A model generated the notes under the pieces. It ran no database searches. It saw only the letters and a program-made list of their open reading frames with translations, and was not told the origin of the DNA. From Monocercomonoides exilis PA203 (lineage: Eukaryota; Protista; Preaxostyla), in contig LSRY02000019.1 in the NCBI GenBank assembly GCA_001643675.2, positions 682,001-746,000 of the forward strand: DNA of 64,000 bases, written 5' to 3'. Each line of letters opens with the position of its first letter. Position 1 is the first letter of the stretch. A program made the translations under genes and the position numbers. Below, piece after piece: positions 12,419-25,792 of the stretch.

Positions 12419-15400
12419 ATGGAAGATTTATTCCTTCCGGAGAAACGAACAACAAAAATTGAAGATTGTATAGAAAGAATTTTATTAGCGAATAATTTTT
12501 TACCTATTTTCATTTTAAGATATTCTCGACGTTTTGTTTTCCAATGATGCAATTACACTTTTCAGAGGGAAACATAAAAAAACTCAAGAAATTAGTATTA
12601 TTAAAAAAATGAAAATCGATGCCATTCCAGAACTTGATCATTTTCAAAGCGTCATAATTCAGCTATATGATGAAAAGAATTCATTGTTTTTACCAATAGA
12701 TTCTGTTTATATCGAAAAGAATGCATACATAGTCATTATTACCCAACGGCAAAAGAGAGAAAATTTAATGCAATACCTATTCAAGACAGATGTTTGGAAT
12801 AATGACCTCTTAGTTTGTAATATTATTCATTTTCACGAAAATTGAAAATATTTCGCCAAAAAATATATTTTTTGATTAGCTGACGTGGAAGTTTGTAAAT
12901 TTAATTGTAGATGCATTGCTTGCACTTGATTCAGAAGGTTTATGGCTCGATGGATTCTGTCCAGAAAGAATTCTGATTGATAGCGAATGGAATTTTAAGA
13001 TAGACGTGTTGGGTCTTCAAAGCTTTGATAGCAAAGAGCATTCGTTTGACGTATTTTGATTTATTTTTAAACTTATTTTTAATCAAAATTATTTATAAAG
13101 CAATTATTATTCTCCAGAGGAACGTGATGGAAAATGGTATTTCGATTTCTCGAATTAATTTTTTCATTAATATCTTCTTTCATCCTATAAAATAATACCA
13201 ACTCAAACCAAACAAAAATCAGTTGTAATATTGCATCAAACATATGGACATTTGGAGTTATTCTGTTTGAAATGTTGACAAGATTTAGACAGCCAGAAGA
13301 TGCCGCAGATATATATTTATCATATTTAGATGATTTCATTTATTTAGAACCTCCTTGTGAGCGCATTCCTAGATCTTTATTATGTGTTTCAAAGAAGCTT
13401 CTTGTAAAGGTTTGCAGCTTGATGCAATTATTATCAAATAAAAAATTCACATTTCAAAAGGATCCCAAGTTTCGATGTAATCTGCAAACATTGCTGAAAA
13501 TTGTTTCTCTTCACAAACGTTGTTCTCGTCTTTCATCTCCTTCAGATGAATTATTGCTTTGCCTGTTTCTTCTTGAAGATCAGAATTTGATCCAATCGTG
13601 CTTAGAAAAGTTAGAAATAGAATTGAAAGAAGCGGGAAAAGAGGATATTTCTGTATTATGCAAACCAAATTTTCTGATTGAAAGGCTATCATTGCTGCTA
13701 TCTGAAAAAAGCGATCAATGCGTGGAAAGCATTTGCAATGTAATCAAACTTCTAATAGACAAGTCCGAGCAAAATGATGCATTGTTGTGCATTTTTAAAG
13801 AAGGATTTGCAGAAAATCTTCTTTTGAGGCTCCAAAATCCGTTTGAGGACACTGCGGAGTATTTGATCTCTGCTTATTTATCGATATGCGAAATAGCTTC
13901 CTTCGAAGAAGTGTGCCAGCTGATATCAGCCAATGCTCTGCTCGTCCTTCTTGATTTATTTGACTGTTGCAACTGCGACGTTGCAGAAAAGGCTGCCTAC
14001 GCATTCTATTGCTTAGCGAAAAAATACTCCTCGTCAAGACTGCTGAAGTCTGACATTGTTGCTGAAGACGCATTCTTCACTGACGATTTGATCGACAGGC
14101 TGTGCAGCTTCGCACAGAAATATGCTGTTTGTTGTGGAATTAGCAATCCTCTTGAAAAAGATAAGTCTGCAATTGCAAGCAATTCAATCGAAGCAAATGA
14201 TTTTTCAGCACAGACTTCACTCATTGAAAGAGATAGCGACTCAAGCAGAATTTTTGGTATTAGCAATAAAAGGCAGAAAATCTCAGTTTATGCATCTCTT
14301 TCTCTCATTGTTCTGCTGCTCTACGATAAATCGCGAGATATTTCAATCTATTTGAAACATTCAATGAAATATTTTGCTTCGCTTGGTCCCGAATTTGATG
14401 AGCAAGGGATGAGCAAACAGCATGGACGACTAGAAATAGCTCTTAGAGGTGGGACAAAGAACCTTGCACATCTGCTGACGAAGAAGCTGATGCTCAACAC
14501 TTCTTCTATGGTTAGATTGACGCTACTCGGAGAAATGTTAAAGATTGAATCATCAGAAATTCTGTCTGCAATAAATTTTGTCAATCTTTTGTCTGCTGTA
14601 AGTCAGCATTTAAACGTTCTGCGAGCTTCTTACAATCACGAAACAAATGAATTTGTTTTAAAATCTGATGCTTCATCTTTCTCATCTACTACATCTTCTT
14701 CACCTACTACGTCTACTACATCTTCTTCATCTTCATCTTCAAAATTTGCTTCGTTGATTTCACGTTTAAGCCTGTCTCCTTCCTCTTCTGATGAATCGTT
14801 ATTACCTTCGCCTTCTTCCACACCCTCATCTTCCTCGAAGCTGGTGTCTTCTTCAACTCCTTCTGCATCCTCCTCCTCAACCTCATCATCATCATCATCA
14901 TCATCATCTTCTTCTTCTTCTTCTTCTTCTTCTTTTGCATCATCGTCATCATCTTCATCCTCATCATCATTTTCGAAACATGTAATTCAATTCAATCCAA
15001 GCAGCGAGACACAAAAACTTCACATTTATCTTTCTGTTTTTTGCTCATTCATTAGCAGCATTTATCCGCTCTTGAATTCAGTGCACATTCTTATTTACAC
15101 AGAGTCACTAACTTACAATCTGTTTTTGATGTTAATGCGCATGGGTGCAAACTGCATTCCAGAGCTTGCAAATACGCTGCTGTTATTAACAGATCCTCAA
15201 TTGTTCGATGAATTGCAGCTTGCACAGCGCGTGAACAACACAAACGAACAAGCAACTTGCGAGGATTTGGAGGCAGATGAAGGAAATACTTTGCCTTTAG
15301 CGATGTATTTGTTTCAATATGGATATCAGTTTATTTCAAGAGTCATGGAAAGCCTGGTGGAATTGGTTTCACATGAGGATATTAAAATATCTGAATCGTT

Positions 15401-18400
15401 GTTGGGGATTATTTCGAATATTCTGGAAACATTGGAGCAAGTTGTTGGCAAAGACAAGAAAAGTGAAGGAGAAGAAGCCAAAGAAAGCGAATCTTTTAGA
15501 AAGGGAAAAAAGGAAGAAGCACAACTTCTTAAATCATCAGGAATGAATGCTGACAAAAAAGAAGTTGAAGAAGAAGATGATGATGATGAAATGGAAGAAA
15601 AGATAGAGGATGATCTTTATATGCACCCAAATAAAACTTTAACTGAACTTTTAGCAAAGAATCTATTGCAAACAGCTATTAAAAAATTTGATTCACAATC
15701 ATCTCCAGTTGTGAAGGCTCTTTCTGCCAATATCATCTGCCAACTGTATTTGCACAATTTTTCAGATCTTCAAAGTCTTCCTCAAAAGAAGCATATTTCT
15801 CAGATGGTCGAATCAATTGAGCACAGCAGTAGTTATCCGCCTTGTGTTTGCAGACGTTCGAAGGTTGTATTGTCACGGTTTGTTTTGCAGTTAGTGTCAA
15901 AACTGGGCGAATGTGGGAACGAAGCAGAGATTTCTTCGTATCTTGCGCTTCTTGGAGAAGCAATGCGAAGTGCTTCTGTGTCTTATACGTTGGATGATAG
16001 ATCATTTGAACTGGTTGCCAGCTCCGTTCGTTGTCTTTCAAAAGAAATAACAGAAGAGTCTTCTGCCATTGCAGCAGCAGTGATGGAAAGTGTTATTCTG
16101 CTATATCCGGATGTTGCTTATGCAGAAGATACTTTGCAATATTTCGATGCAACAGTTCAAGCTATAACGAAAGATGCTTCTGCACTGAACTCAGCAAACC
16201 TGAGTATTCTAAAAGCTTATACGAATACAACTTATAAATTCATTTCCAGACTTCCACGAATAAGAGAGATGCTAAGTGTGATTGTTGACGAAATAAGCTT
16301 TTTTGCATCAGAAAATATAAATCGGAGCAATGACTTTACGAGCAACTCTCAAATAAAAAGTATTTTTGATGTTCTTCTGAACATAATCATCAATTCTAGT
16401 CCGTCTTTCACTGAATCCTCTGAACATCCATTAAAAACGCTTATGGAGCAAAACAGTGGAATTAACGTGTTGTGGGCGCTGGCTTCTGATAAGAGAAATA
16501 GCTTCACTAGCATAATTGCATCCCTTTGTTTGGTGTATTTAATGAAGAACAACGTTCCTTCACAGCAATTTTCTCCTTTTTTGAATATCATTTGCGATGG
16601 TTGCAAACAAAAAATGGAAGACGAGATGGGGCTTAGAAAACGGTGTAGTCAAGCTCTTTGTGGGATTTCACTTAAAATTATGGAGCAACTTGCTTTTCCA
16701 AACACTGAAACTGAACTGGGGAAGCTTCTTTTGCGTCTTGAAGAATATTGCTCTCTGCTTTTAGAAGAACACGCCGTTGCTCTTGTTGAATGTGAGGCTA
16801 TTCAATATGTTTTGGGGCTGATTGATACGATGCTGCTGAAAGTAAATGTGTGTGTGTGCTGCCGGATTTTGATGAACCTCATACGAATATCTGAAAGCTG
16901 TATAATACACCTTCTCAACAGGAATTTATTGGCAATTCTTACAAATCGTCTGACTCGAACTCCGCTCGAAGAATTGGATTTTGAGCTGACAGAGCTTTTC
17001 TTCTGCCTTGTTCGTCATAAATCAATCAATTTAAACGACTTAATTCAAACAAACGCACTGAGGTTAATTTTGCTTGTACTAAGTTGTCCAAAAGAAGAGA
17101 TACAACAATTTGCGATGTCTGATTTGTTTTTGATAATCGATCGTTTGAAGCACCAGGAAGGCAGCACAACTTTCTTCAGAGCTCTTTCAAATGATGTTTC
17201 TCGGTCATCATTTCCAGGTTATTCTATTGTAAGTTTTATGGAGGAAAATGGATATGTTCGAAGACTGAAGGATTTTATTGGACTGTCAATGGAAGACGTG
17301 ACAAAGCAATTAGCTTTGATGAATGCATCTCAAAACTCAGAGGCAGAAACATCGGAATATGAGATTGAATTTGGAGTTCTGAAAGCAGATTCATATTTAA
17401 ACAAGATAAATCCTTTTGAAGACGCAAAAATGGCTGATTTTGATTTAAGTGAAAAGACATTCTTTTCCTATCGTTCCTCGTCTCTTTTCTCTTCCGTTCA
17501 TAGAATAGCCAATAATAATTCAATGCAATTACTGCTTTCTGCATTGGAAGGAAGATTTTTCAGCACTGTTCCATATAAATATATAGAAAAGCTGGATGCT
17601 TCTTCTTCTTCTTCTTCTTCTTCTTCTTCTTCTTCTTCTTCTTCTTCTTCTTCTTCTTCTTCTTCTTCTTCTTCTTCCTTTTCTTCTTCTTCGCATCCTT
17701 CAGCTTTGCAGGATAATACTCAAGATAAAACAGTTTTCAGTGATAATCATGAAAATGAAGATAGTTCTTCTTCTGAAATCCAACCTGACTCGTTGGCCAT
17801 TTCATTTCATCAGTTTCCTCTTTCGCAGGTTTTTGGCTCTTTGTGCATTCTTCTCCTTAAAGATTCGACTTTCCTCGATAACGAAGATATTCTTGCGTGG
17901 AAAGTTGTGTTTTTGACTCTCAAATCTCCTTCTGCTCAAATGTTTGAATCCAGCTGTTATAACATCACTGGTTGCATTGATTCATTCATCGAAAATGTTA
18001 TCAAGGGACTCATTGTACAAAGAAAACCAGAGTTTGGTGATTTGCAAACTTCCTCTTTATCTTCATCATCTCAATCAACATTCGAACAACCAAACGAAAG
18101 TGGCGAAGATTCTTTCAATGAAGCAGAAATATTTCAAGCTAATTTTAATTTGACAAATGCACTTATAGTTTTATCTGACTGCTTAAAACTTGATTCACGT
18201 TACCAAAGCAAGCTTTATTTGTGCTATGAAGAAGATTTTATTAAACGCATATTCCAACCTTTCTATTACGCTCATCCGCAATCTGCTCCAATTTTGAGCG
18301 TCTGCACTTTTATTATGGATCTTTTAAAACTCGATAAATCCTTCACACAAACTGCAGTTGATTGTGGACTTTTCTCAGCAATTTGCGCATCACTTAACAA

Positions 18401-19274
18401 TTGGCCAGTTGAGACATTTAATATCGGGCAACTAAACTTGTTTTTCACACTTCTCAATGAAATGCCTAATCTTGTCACTCCGCAGTTGCTACCCATTTTG
18501 GGACGTATTCTTTTCGTTGCGCATCCGCATGTCGATTTCCGGTGCACTCAAGTTCTGAGAATGATAGTTGCTTTACCAGATTCTGTTGTCCAATATAATG
18601 AATATGTGCATCCACTTTTTGAGTCGATTCAAGACGAAATCCCGTTTTCTGTTTTACAACAAAAATTTGAGGAAACAAAATCAAACATTGCTCGAATTGA
18701 AATCGCATTAATTTTGGCTTTTCTGTTTAAAAGCAAAGCGCTTCCTTCAGATTATTTTGGAATCTACAATTTTTTGATCGAGTCAACTTTTTCTGATTCG
18801 AAGGAGCATGTTGACTTGGCTTTTCAAGCATTGCTTTGCCTTGCCCAATCTCCTGGTTTGTCATTATTTTGTTTTGTTTCATGTTATACTTTCAAAAAAC
18901 CCTTTCTCGCTATGAAATTATATCTTCATTTTTTTCTAAAATCATTTTTTCATGTGACCTTAGAAAACGCTGAATTACTGAACAATACTTTGAAGAAAGT
19001 GTTCACTGAATACACAACGTATGTTCTTTTTTTTTTTCTTCTTTGAAAGTAATTCTTTAATTCTTTTTCATTGTTCATTTGTTCTATCAGAAACAGGAGG
19101 TTATCTTCTCCATCCACACTTATGAATCTCTTCATGACTGTATATAATCATTCTACGAAGCGGCAAGATGATTCTTTGTTGAGATACATTTCTAAAGGCT
19201 GGGTTTATGTGCAATCAACCTCCGGGGATAAAAAGATTGCTGAGCTTGCCAAAGGCATCTTGCAACTGATGTAG
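12419..19274 (+). CDS. N-terminal pseudokinase domain fused to a long ARM/HEAT-like helical region (>2000 aa)
   Basis: 5' exons give kinase-like segments 'YILDVLFSND..TLFRGKHKKTQEISIIKKM', 'WLDGFCPERILIDSEWNFKIDVLGL' and 'NIWTFGVILFEMLT'. The main 13272-19046 ORF is Leu-rich and helical with poly-Ser inserts; short terminal exons end at TAG 19272-19274. Confidence 0.7.
17600..17692 (+). repeat. (TCT)n coding microsatellite (poly-Ser)
   Basis: Direct inspection. Confidence 0.9.
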
Positions 19275-19734
19275 TCTTATTTAAGCTTTCATTCAATATT
19301 TTCATTATTTTTTTAAATCAACTTTGTTTGTATTGTGGCTTTGTTGTGGTTTTAACATTCTGATGTGTTTTAAACGCAAAATGAAAGCGTTTTAAAAGGC
19401 ACCGGTAAATTAATTTTCGAAAATAAGAAAAGAAATAGAAATATTTCAGACAAAAGAGAAGATAGTTATTTAAGCTTAAGGATGTGGACAAATTTTAAAC
19501 AAAAGATAATCAGCAAAATCGTAAGTGAATGAAGGCATACGAAAAAGGAAGATATTTTATTTATAAAAAAATGATAATAATTACATGATAAAAGCTCAAA
19601 GCAACTAAACCATAAGATGGAAAGAAATATTCGAGATGAAAACAAAAATAGCAGAATCGGAGATGGAACCCTCAAATAAAAATTAAAAATTTGAAAGGGA
19701 AGGCAAGAGAAAAAGTCGGAAAATAATATTAAAC

Positions 19735-21016
19735 TCACTCATCTTCGAATAATTTGTCGTATGCATTGGCAACAGCCTGACTAGCTGCTTGACTCGCAGC
19801 TCCTGCGGCGGCGCTTCTGACCTGAGGATTCTTCACAGCAGCGATTGCTGCATCAGCCGCAAGCTGTTGGACTTGCTCGTTGTGCATGGCCGCTGAAGCA
19901 GCTTGATCTGTCGATGCTCCGTTAATCATCGCTCCGCCTGCAACAATTGCTGCTTGCTTCACAAATTGCTGCGTTTCAGGCCTGAATAAAAATTGAAGAA
20001 GAAGGAGAAGAAGAAGTAAATAAAGATATAGATAAATGTAAGAATTTTTAAACGTTCAAACGAAAGAAAAATCATACATTTTTGCGGTTTCTGAGAGAAG
20101 TAATTGTTTGTTGTCAACTGGTTGAACTTGAGTCGTTGTTGTTTGTGTAAGTTGTGGATTTGGATACTGTTGTGGTGGATACTGTTGAGGTGGTGGTTGT
20201 GAATAACCCATTCCAGCATCTCCAGCTAATGATGGATATTGTGTGGCCGCCATAGGCTGTGCTTGATTAATCTGGACTTGAGATGGATCATATGGTTGTT
20301 GTGCTGGTTGGTCTTGGTATTTCTGTACTTGTTGCTTTTTCCATTCCTTATCCATGCATCCAACGATGATGTGAAATATCCCAACAATTATTGTGACCGA
20401 ACCAATGAAATATCCAATCCACTCCTTTGTGGGTACAGATTCATAAGCAGCCATTGCAAGAGTTCCAAGGCTAAAAAAAGGAGAAAAAATTCATTCAACA
20501 ATTAAAATAAATTCAATGCAGGATTTTGTCATACAAGATCATAAACAAAGCTCTGTATGTTGGACTCAGAAGAAAAAGAAAGATCTTTCCAATGAACTTG
20601 ATTTTGAATTCAACAAGAATTAAGACAAGTGCAAAGATACTACGTAATAAAAATCAGTAAAAATATAGTTGTAAATACAAATAATTCATTCGATAAATCA
20701 TAGAAAATTCACACAATGTGTAGATTGAGAACAAAAATGGAGGGAACATGTTCTTAATTTTCATTGTTATCAAAAAGTAAGGACAAAAGCCTCCAATCAT
20801 GACCATTAGTACGGGGCACATTACAAATACGCTAATCATAATACCAATTTTCATTGGTTTTGAAGTGAAGCAATTTTTGCACAATTGGCAAGTTGATGGC
20901 TTTGGCTGCGGTTGTTGAACAACAACCATTGGTGCAGCTTGAACTGGCGTAGGCTGCATTGTTTGTGGTGCATAGACATCACTTTGAGAAGAAAGTTGTT
21001 GGTCTTGAGAATACAT
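19735..21016 (-). CDS. COPI-associated / TVP15-like multi-pass Golgi membrane protein with Gln/Pro-rich termini
   Basis: Exons from ORFs 20654-21016, ~20535-20640 ('IFALVLILVEFKIKFIGKIFLFLLSPTYRALFMIF'), 20056-20454 and 19735-19962. The 'lvE...f.FL....R..f.if' pattern plus several TM helices fits the COPI_assoc family. Confidence 0.6.
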
Positions 21017-21177
21017 ATCTAGGCGTATTTTATGGTTCAGATCAAGATTTGAATGAGATGTAACGCAAAAAGAAGTGAGTTGCTTAAAAACAAAGGCAAA
21101 CAGCCAATGAACAAATTGAAATGAAATAGCATAAAGACAATTTTTTTAAAAAATTATTAGACTTCAAAAACAATTGT

Positions 21178-23003
21178 TCAGTGAATATTATACTTCCTCA
21201 TAATTCTCATCATTCCATCTCTTCGCATTCCTTCGAAACGTGTGGAGTTCTGCGGGGCTGTCCAGGTAGATCTTTCAACAGCCCAAAGCTTCTGTGCGAA
21301 CGCCTCTTTGTCCTCCGGAATCAGCGCAAACAAGGACGGAGTGGGCAAGACAGGCTCGATGGGTGATGTGATTCCTGCTTTGTAGGCGACAGAGACTTTG
21401 TAGATGGGAACATCAGGAGAAGGAGTGACAGAAGGAATTGAGTCATCTGAAGAAGAAAAGGATGAAGAGGATGAGGATGAGGAAGAGGAAGAAGAAAAAG
21501 AGGAATAAGAAGAAGATGATGATGATGGAGATGGTGATGGAGATGGAGTGGAAGAGGATGATGGGGAAGGAGAAGGTGAAGGTGAAGCGGCAGAAGATGT
21601 TGAAGAAGTGGGAGATGCAGAAGCAGAAGCAGACGGAGCTTCAGAAGGAGAATCCTGCACTGGTGGCTGTGGAGTATCAGAGCTGTTATCATCGGTTGCT
21701 TCTGTTGCTTCTGTTTTTGAAGAATCAGTACAAATGGCTGTGCTGTCAGACTCCTCTGTTTTTGGATCAGATGAATCAGATGTCTCAGCGAGTGACGTAT
21801 CTTCTGCTTTTGTTTCGCTTTCTTCGTTCGTTTGGGAATTTTTCTCGTCTTCTTTTGGTGAATCACTTTCATTTTCTGGTTGTTTGTCAGTTGTTCTTTC
21901 TTCATTGGAGCTGTTCGTTTCAACTTTTTCTTTCTCTTCATCAGATTTTCCTTCAGTGCTTTCTTCATTAGCCTGCTCTTCCTTCTTTTCGTTGTTTGAG
22001 CTTGATGGGCTTTCTTCTTCTTCGCTTTTTGGCTGAGATGCAAAGCGTTTGTATAACTTCTGTTCAAAATACATCTTTCTCTCTTCCTCAGAGGCAGGTG
22101 TAACGCATATTATTGCATGATTCGGGTCGCTGACAATAGTATCGCACTTGTATGGAAGAGAGCCTGGTTGTTGGAAGACAATAACAACATTATCGTTCCC
22201 GATATATCTTTTTCTTTCAATTTGTTGCTTGTCCTTGGGATTATATTGAAGAAGTGTAGATACATGAAACATACATTCAATCTTCCCAGGATTTATAGTT
22301 CTATAGATTGAAACTGGTCCATCAAGATGATGCTCTGATGTATCTAAATCACCTCTATATCCAGAAAATCCAGCTAATTCAACTCTTTCTCCAAGAAATG
22401 ACAAAAAATCATTAAATTCGGGTGATCCATCTTTGTTGCCAAACATTTCATATTCTGAAGTCTGATTTACATCGCAAAACAAAACTCCAACTTTCATACG
22501 TGCGTATGCAAGTGATTCTATTTCTTCGAACTGGAGAAGATCTTCCTCCACATTTGGATGAATCAGCTTTGTCAGCTTAAGTTTTCCGTAGTCTTTTGAG
22601 ATAGATTCTAGCACTTGGTTAGCAGATGGCTGGATATGAAGTAAATCTTTAATAAAGCCCACTGCTCCGGTCCTGTAAATTATTGGCTTCCTTAGAATCG
22701 ACTCAGACGTGTGACGAATTAATACGCAAAATGTGAAGGATTTTTCTGACTAAATAGCATAAAACAAATAAAATGAGCAATTCGTTATTTAGATTTTTAA
22801 TAAATTCGCATCAATCATACGGCATTTGTCAAGGCAATGGATATGATCATTGGTTTATCTTCTGAATCCCGACAACAATAGTTCGCATGTGAAACACCAG
22901 AAAAATGTTGCCGATATAGTGGAACAAAACTTTTGTATTCCCTAAAAGTTATGTTCTGTTTCACCCCTTCTATCCACCAAAAAGGCCGTGGCTGAAAAGT
23001 CAT
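21178..23003 (-). CDS. Rap/Ran-GAP domain protein (Rap1GAP-like)
   Basis: 'KVGVLF..NQTSE.EMFGN..GSPEFNDFLSFLGERVEL.GF.GYRGDLD', 'MFHVSTLL', and the Asn-thumb motif 'ERKRYIGND.V.IVFQ'. The first exon 22815-23003 has 'YRQHF...H.NY'. Confidence 0.9.
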
Positions 23004-23578
23004 TGCTTAACCTTTGGGTTTTGATCTAATATCGTCAAAAAATTATGATATTTGAAACATTTTCTGTTCAAAATAAAAGACATTATATGATGTTTATTGA
23101 AATTTCACTTGAGTTCTTCATGAAATTATTAACTTCGATCCAAAAACAAAAAAAAATTGTATAGAATAATTTCTTAAAACATATTAAAACAAAATTATTA
23201 AATTTTTTGTATTGTAGAATTGTTGCTCTCAAACGAAAAATAATTTTGAAAAAATGAAACATTATGGAAATGCTAAAAAAAACAAAAAATCCAAGAATTC
23301 AGACATCAGAAAAAAAAAGATTCAGTAAATACACAAAAACAACTGAAAGAGGAAAAAAAGTTACCTGCGTGTTCGCAATCAAACAACTCATTTGATAGCG
23401 AACCTGAGTGTTTTCAAAAGTCGATCTCTAAGTGCAAAAACTCAAGTAAAAAAGTTAGTATTTCAAAAAGAATTTTCTGGATTATTTTTTTTTTTATTTG
23501 TTAATTTCTCTTTTACAATAATAATACATATTGCATTTTGTTCCATTCAAATTAATTCTTTTCCAAAGCTCCCTCCAA

Positions 23579-25697
23579 TCAAAAAGCGTTCTGCTGGCCA
23601 TACGGACCGATGGTGTGCTGCGGCTGCATCGGATACCCCACACCAGGCCCTGGGTTGATCATCGGCGGTGGGACAGCCCCGTCCATCCGCTCGAACTCAT
23701 GCAGCCCTCTCTCTCTCCTCCGCCTTTCATGTTCTTCATTCATCAGCTCTCCCTTCACACGCACCGCGCGCATGTGCTCCCGCAGCGCTGGCGTACCGAA
23801 CGGTTGGTAGGCTGTGTTCCCTTCGCTCATCTCCTCGTCGCAGAGGAATGAGATGAAAGTGGTGTCAATTGTGATCTTGAACGTGTCAAACATCAGCGAG
23901 GTGATGAAGAGGCAGAGGATGAACGTGAGCACCACAATGAGAATAGAAGAGCCTGTGCTCGGGTAGAACATCGACGTCTTGCCGATGTGGAACCAGTCCG
24001 GACGCACCAGCACGCAGCTGATGAGCGTGCTGATCCCAATCACAAGCAGCTCCCCCAAGTCCAGCACAAACGGCAGCACGTTTTCCAGCACGATGGCGCG
24101 GACGATGTTGCGGAGCAGGAGGAACATCACGCTTTTCCCCGACACCCAGAAGCCGTCGCCTTTGATCGACACCATAATCAGCGCGCGGTAGCTGATGAAT
24201 TCGAGCAGGCGCTGGAGATACTCGAGCACACAGTCGCAGCAGGCTGTGCACGCCTTCATGCAGCAGTTGTCGCTGTCTCTTTCGCTGTCCCGCGACGCCT
24301 CCACAAGCGACCGCAGCCACCCGACAAGCGCTATCAAGCCAGAGCCCATCGCAACAGACCCGCTGTGTGCACACAGCGTGCGCGACCACGACGCTGCGAT
24401 GGGGTGCGACAGCTCAGTGTCTGGGTTGTAGCAGAAGTAGTGCGAGGCAGCAGCTCCTGCGATAACAGTCTGCGTGAAGGACCGGATGAAGTAGATGAGC
24501 CACATGAACGCGAACACTGCCAATATCATAATGACCCACGCGAAGAAGCAAATGTGAATGCTGCGTGTTCCGCCGGTTGTGTCAACATCAGCTGTTCCAA
24601 CAATAAATACATAGAACAGCGCAATTATTCCAAAGACCAGCATCTGCAGAGCGGCATTCACACATGAGACACACGGAAGAAGTGGCATCTTTCTGAGAAC
24701 CTTCCCACTCTCACGTGCTGTTTCAACAACAAGCGCTATTCTGTCTCTGAAGCAGTACATACAGGCACAGATAACAGCAGCAATAACGCATACAACAATT
24801 CCACCAATCAAAAGAGCTGTCGGAAGATCTTCCAAATCTTTCCGTCTCATAAGAGTAATTCCTGCGATAAGCATAGCGAGACCGCAAATGGCAGTCACTC
24901 CTAATCCGATTATAAGTGAAGCCCACACAACAAGCTTTGCAGAGACAATCATCAAAACAATCCATAAAATGCTGAGCAAAAGTGCAAAACCGCAGCCAAC
25001 AAATATAACCCAAAGATATCTGAGGAACTGCCCGGCAACAATAGCAGTTGTGTTTGATGTTGTTTGTTTATTCGATAAGTCTTCAACGGGCAAACAACGG
25101 AATAAAAATGTTGAATAATCAGAACCATTCATAAAATAGCAATTTTCCCCAGAATTTTCACATGAAGCTTGATCATTTGCTTCAAATGGCTCTCCTCCTT
25201 CGCAAACGCAACTCTTGACCTTTGAAGGGCAATCACGAACGCACCATCCGTATGCAGAATTGTTTGCAATCGGCATAATCAAATTTGGTTTTGAAGTGAA
25301 ATCAACCTTAGATTTTTTACCACAAAAATTTCCACTTTTTCAAAATGTTGAAGTGAAAAATAATATTTTGATAAAAAAAAGCAAACTCTTTATCAATTGG
25401 TAGATAAAACTTATATGGCTTTCCGGCAATCAATCCGTACATAAACGATGCAAATAAGGCTAAAAGAACAATAAGAAACGCAATAAGGCATCCTTTATCC
25501 TTGCATTTATTCCGATTTTCTTTCCAATCAAATCTCCCATTCCGAATTGGTAAATCATTGATTGGATCACCAAGCGCTTTGGAGATTTTTAAAAATAAAA
25601 TTCTTTTAACTTAAATCAATTTACTGGAATGGACAAACAAGTGAACAATGAACGAGCAGAGAACATTATTAAAAAGAATGTTTATTAGCTTTATCAT
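23579..25697 (-). CDS. Choline transporter-like (CTL/SLC44) membrane protein
   Basis: Cys-rich first loop 'CVRDCP...RCLP', ~10 TM helices, 'IAGAAASHYF', 'HSGSVAMGS', Cys-rich loop, 'GDGFWVSGK' and 'IDTTFISFLCD'. 5' exon 'R.KCKDKGCLIAF'; the exact start is uncertain. Confidence 0.88.
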
Positions 25698-25792
25698 GGT
25701 TTTATTGATCAAAACAAATCTTGAATTTTTGAGGTGAAACAGCTGATTATCACCGAAATTTTTGCTTTTTCAACTTTTCCGATAAAAGTCCA

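Noticed and set aside
19365-19402. Short hairpin between convergent genes
   Set aside because: AT-rich ~10-bp stem; plausible by chance.
23360-23480. U1 snRNA (ttacctg plus an Sm-like site), tRNA or H/ACA snoRNA
   Set aside because: No U1-70K/U1A loops on the same strand, no cloverleaf, and no H box between the hairpins. Kept only as an unclassified structure.
23579-24560. High-GC block as a horizontally acquired or contaminant segment
   Set aside because: It is in frame within a typically eukaryotic CTL gene, and the GC changes gradually.
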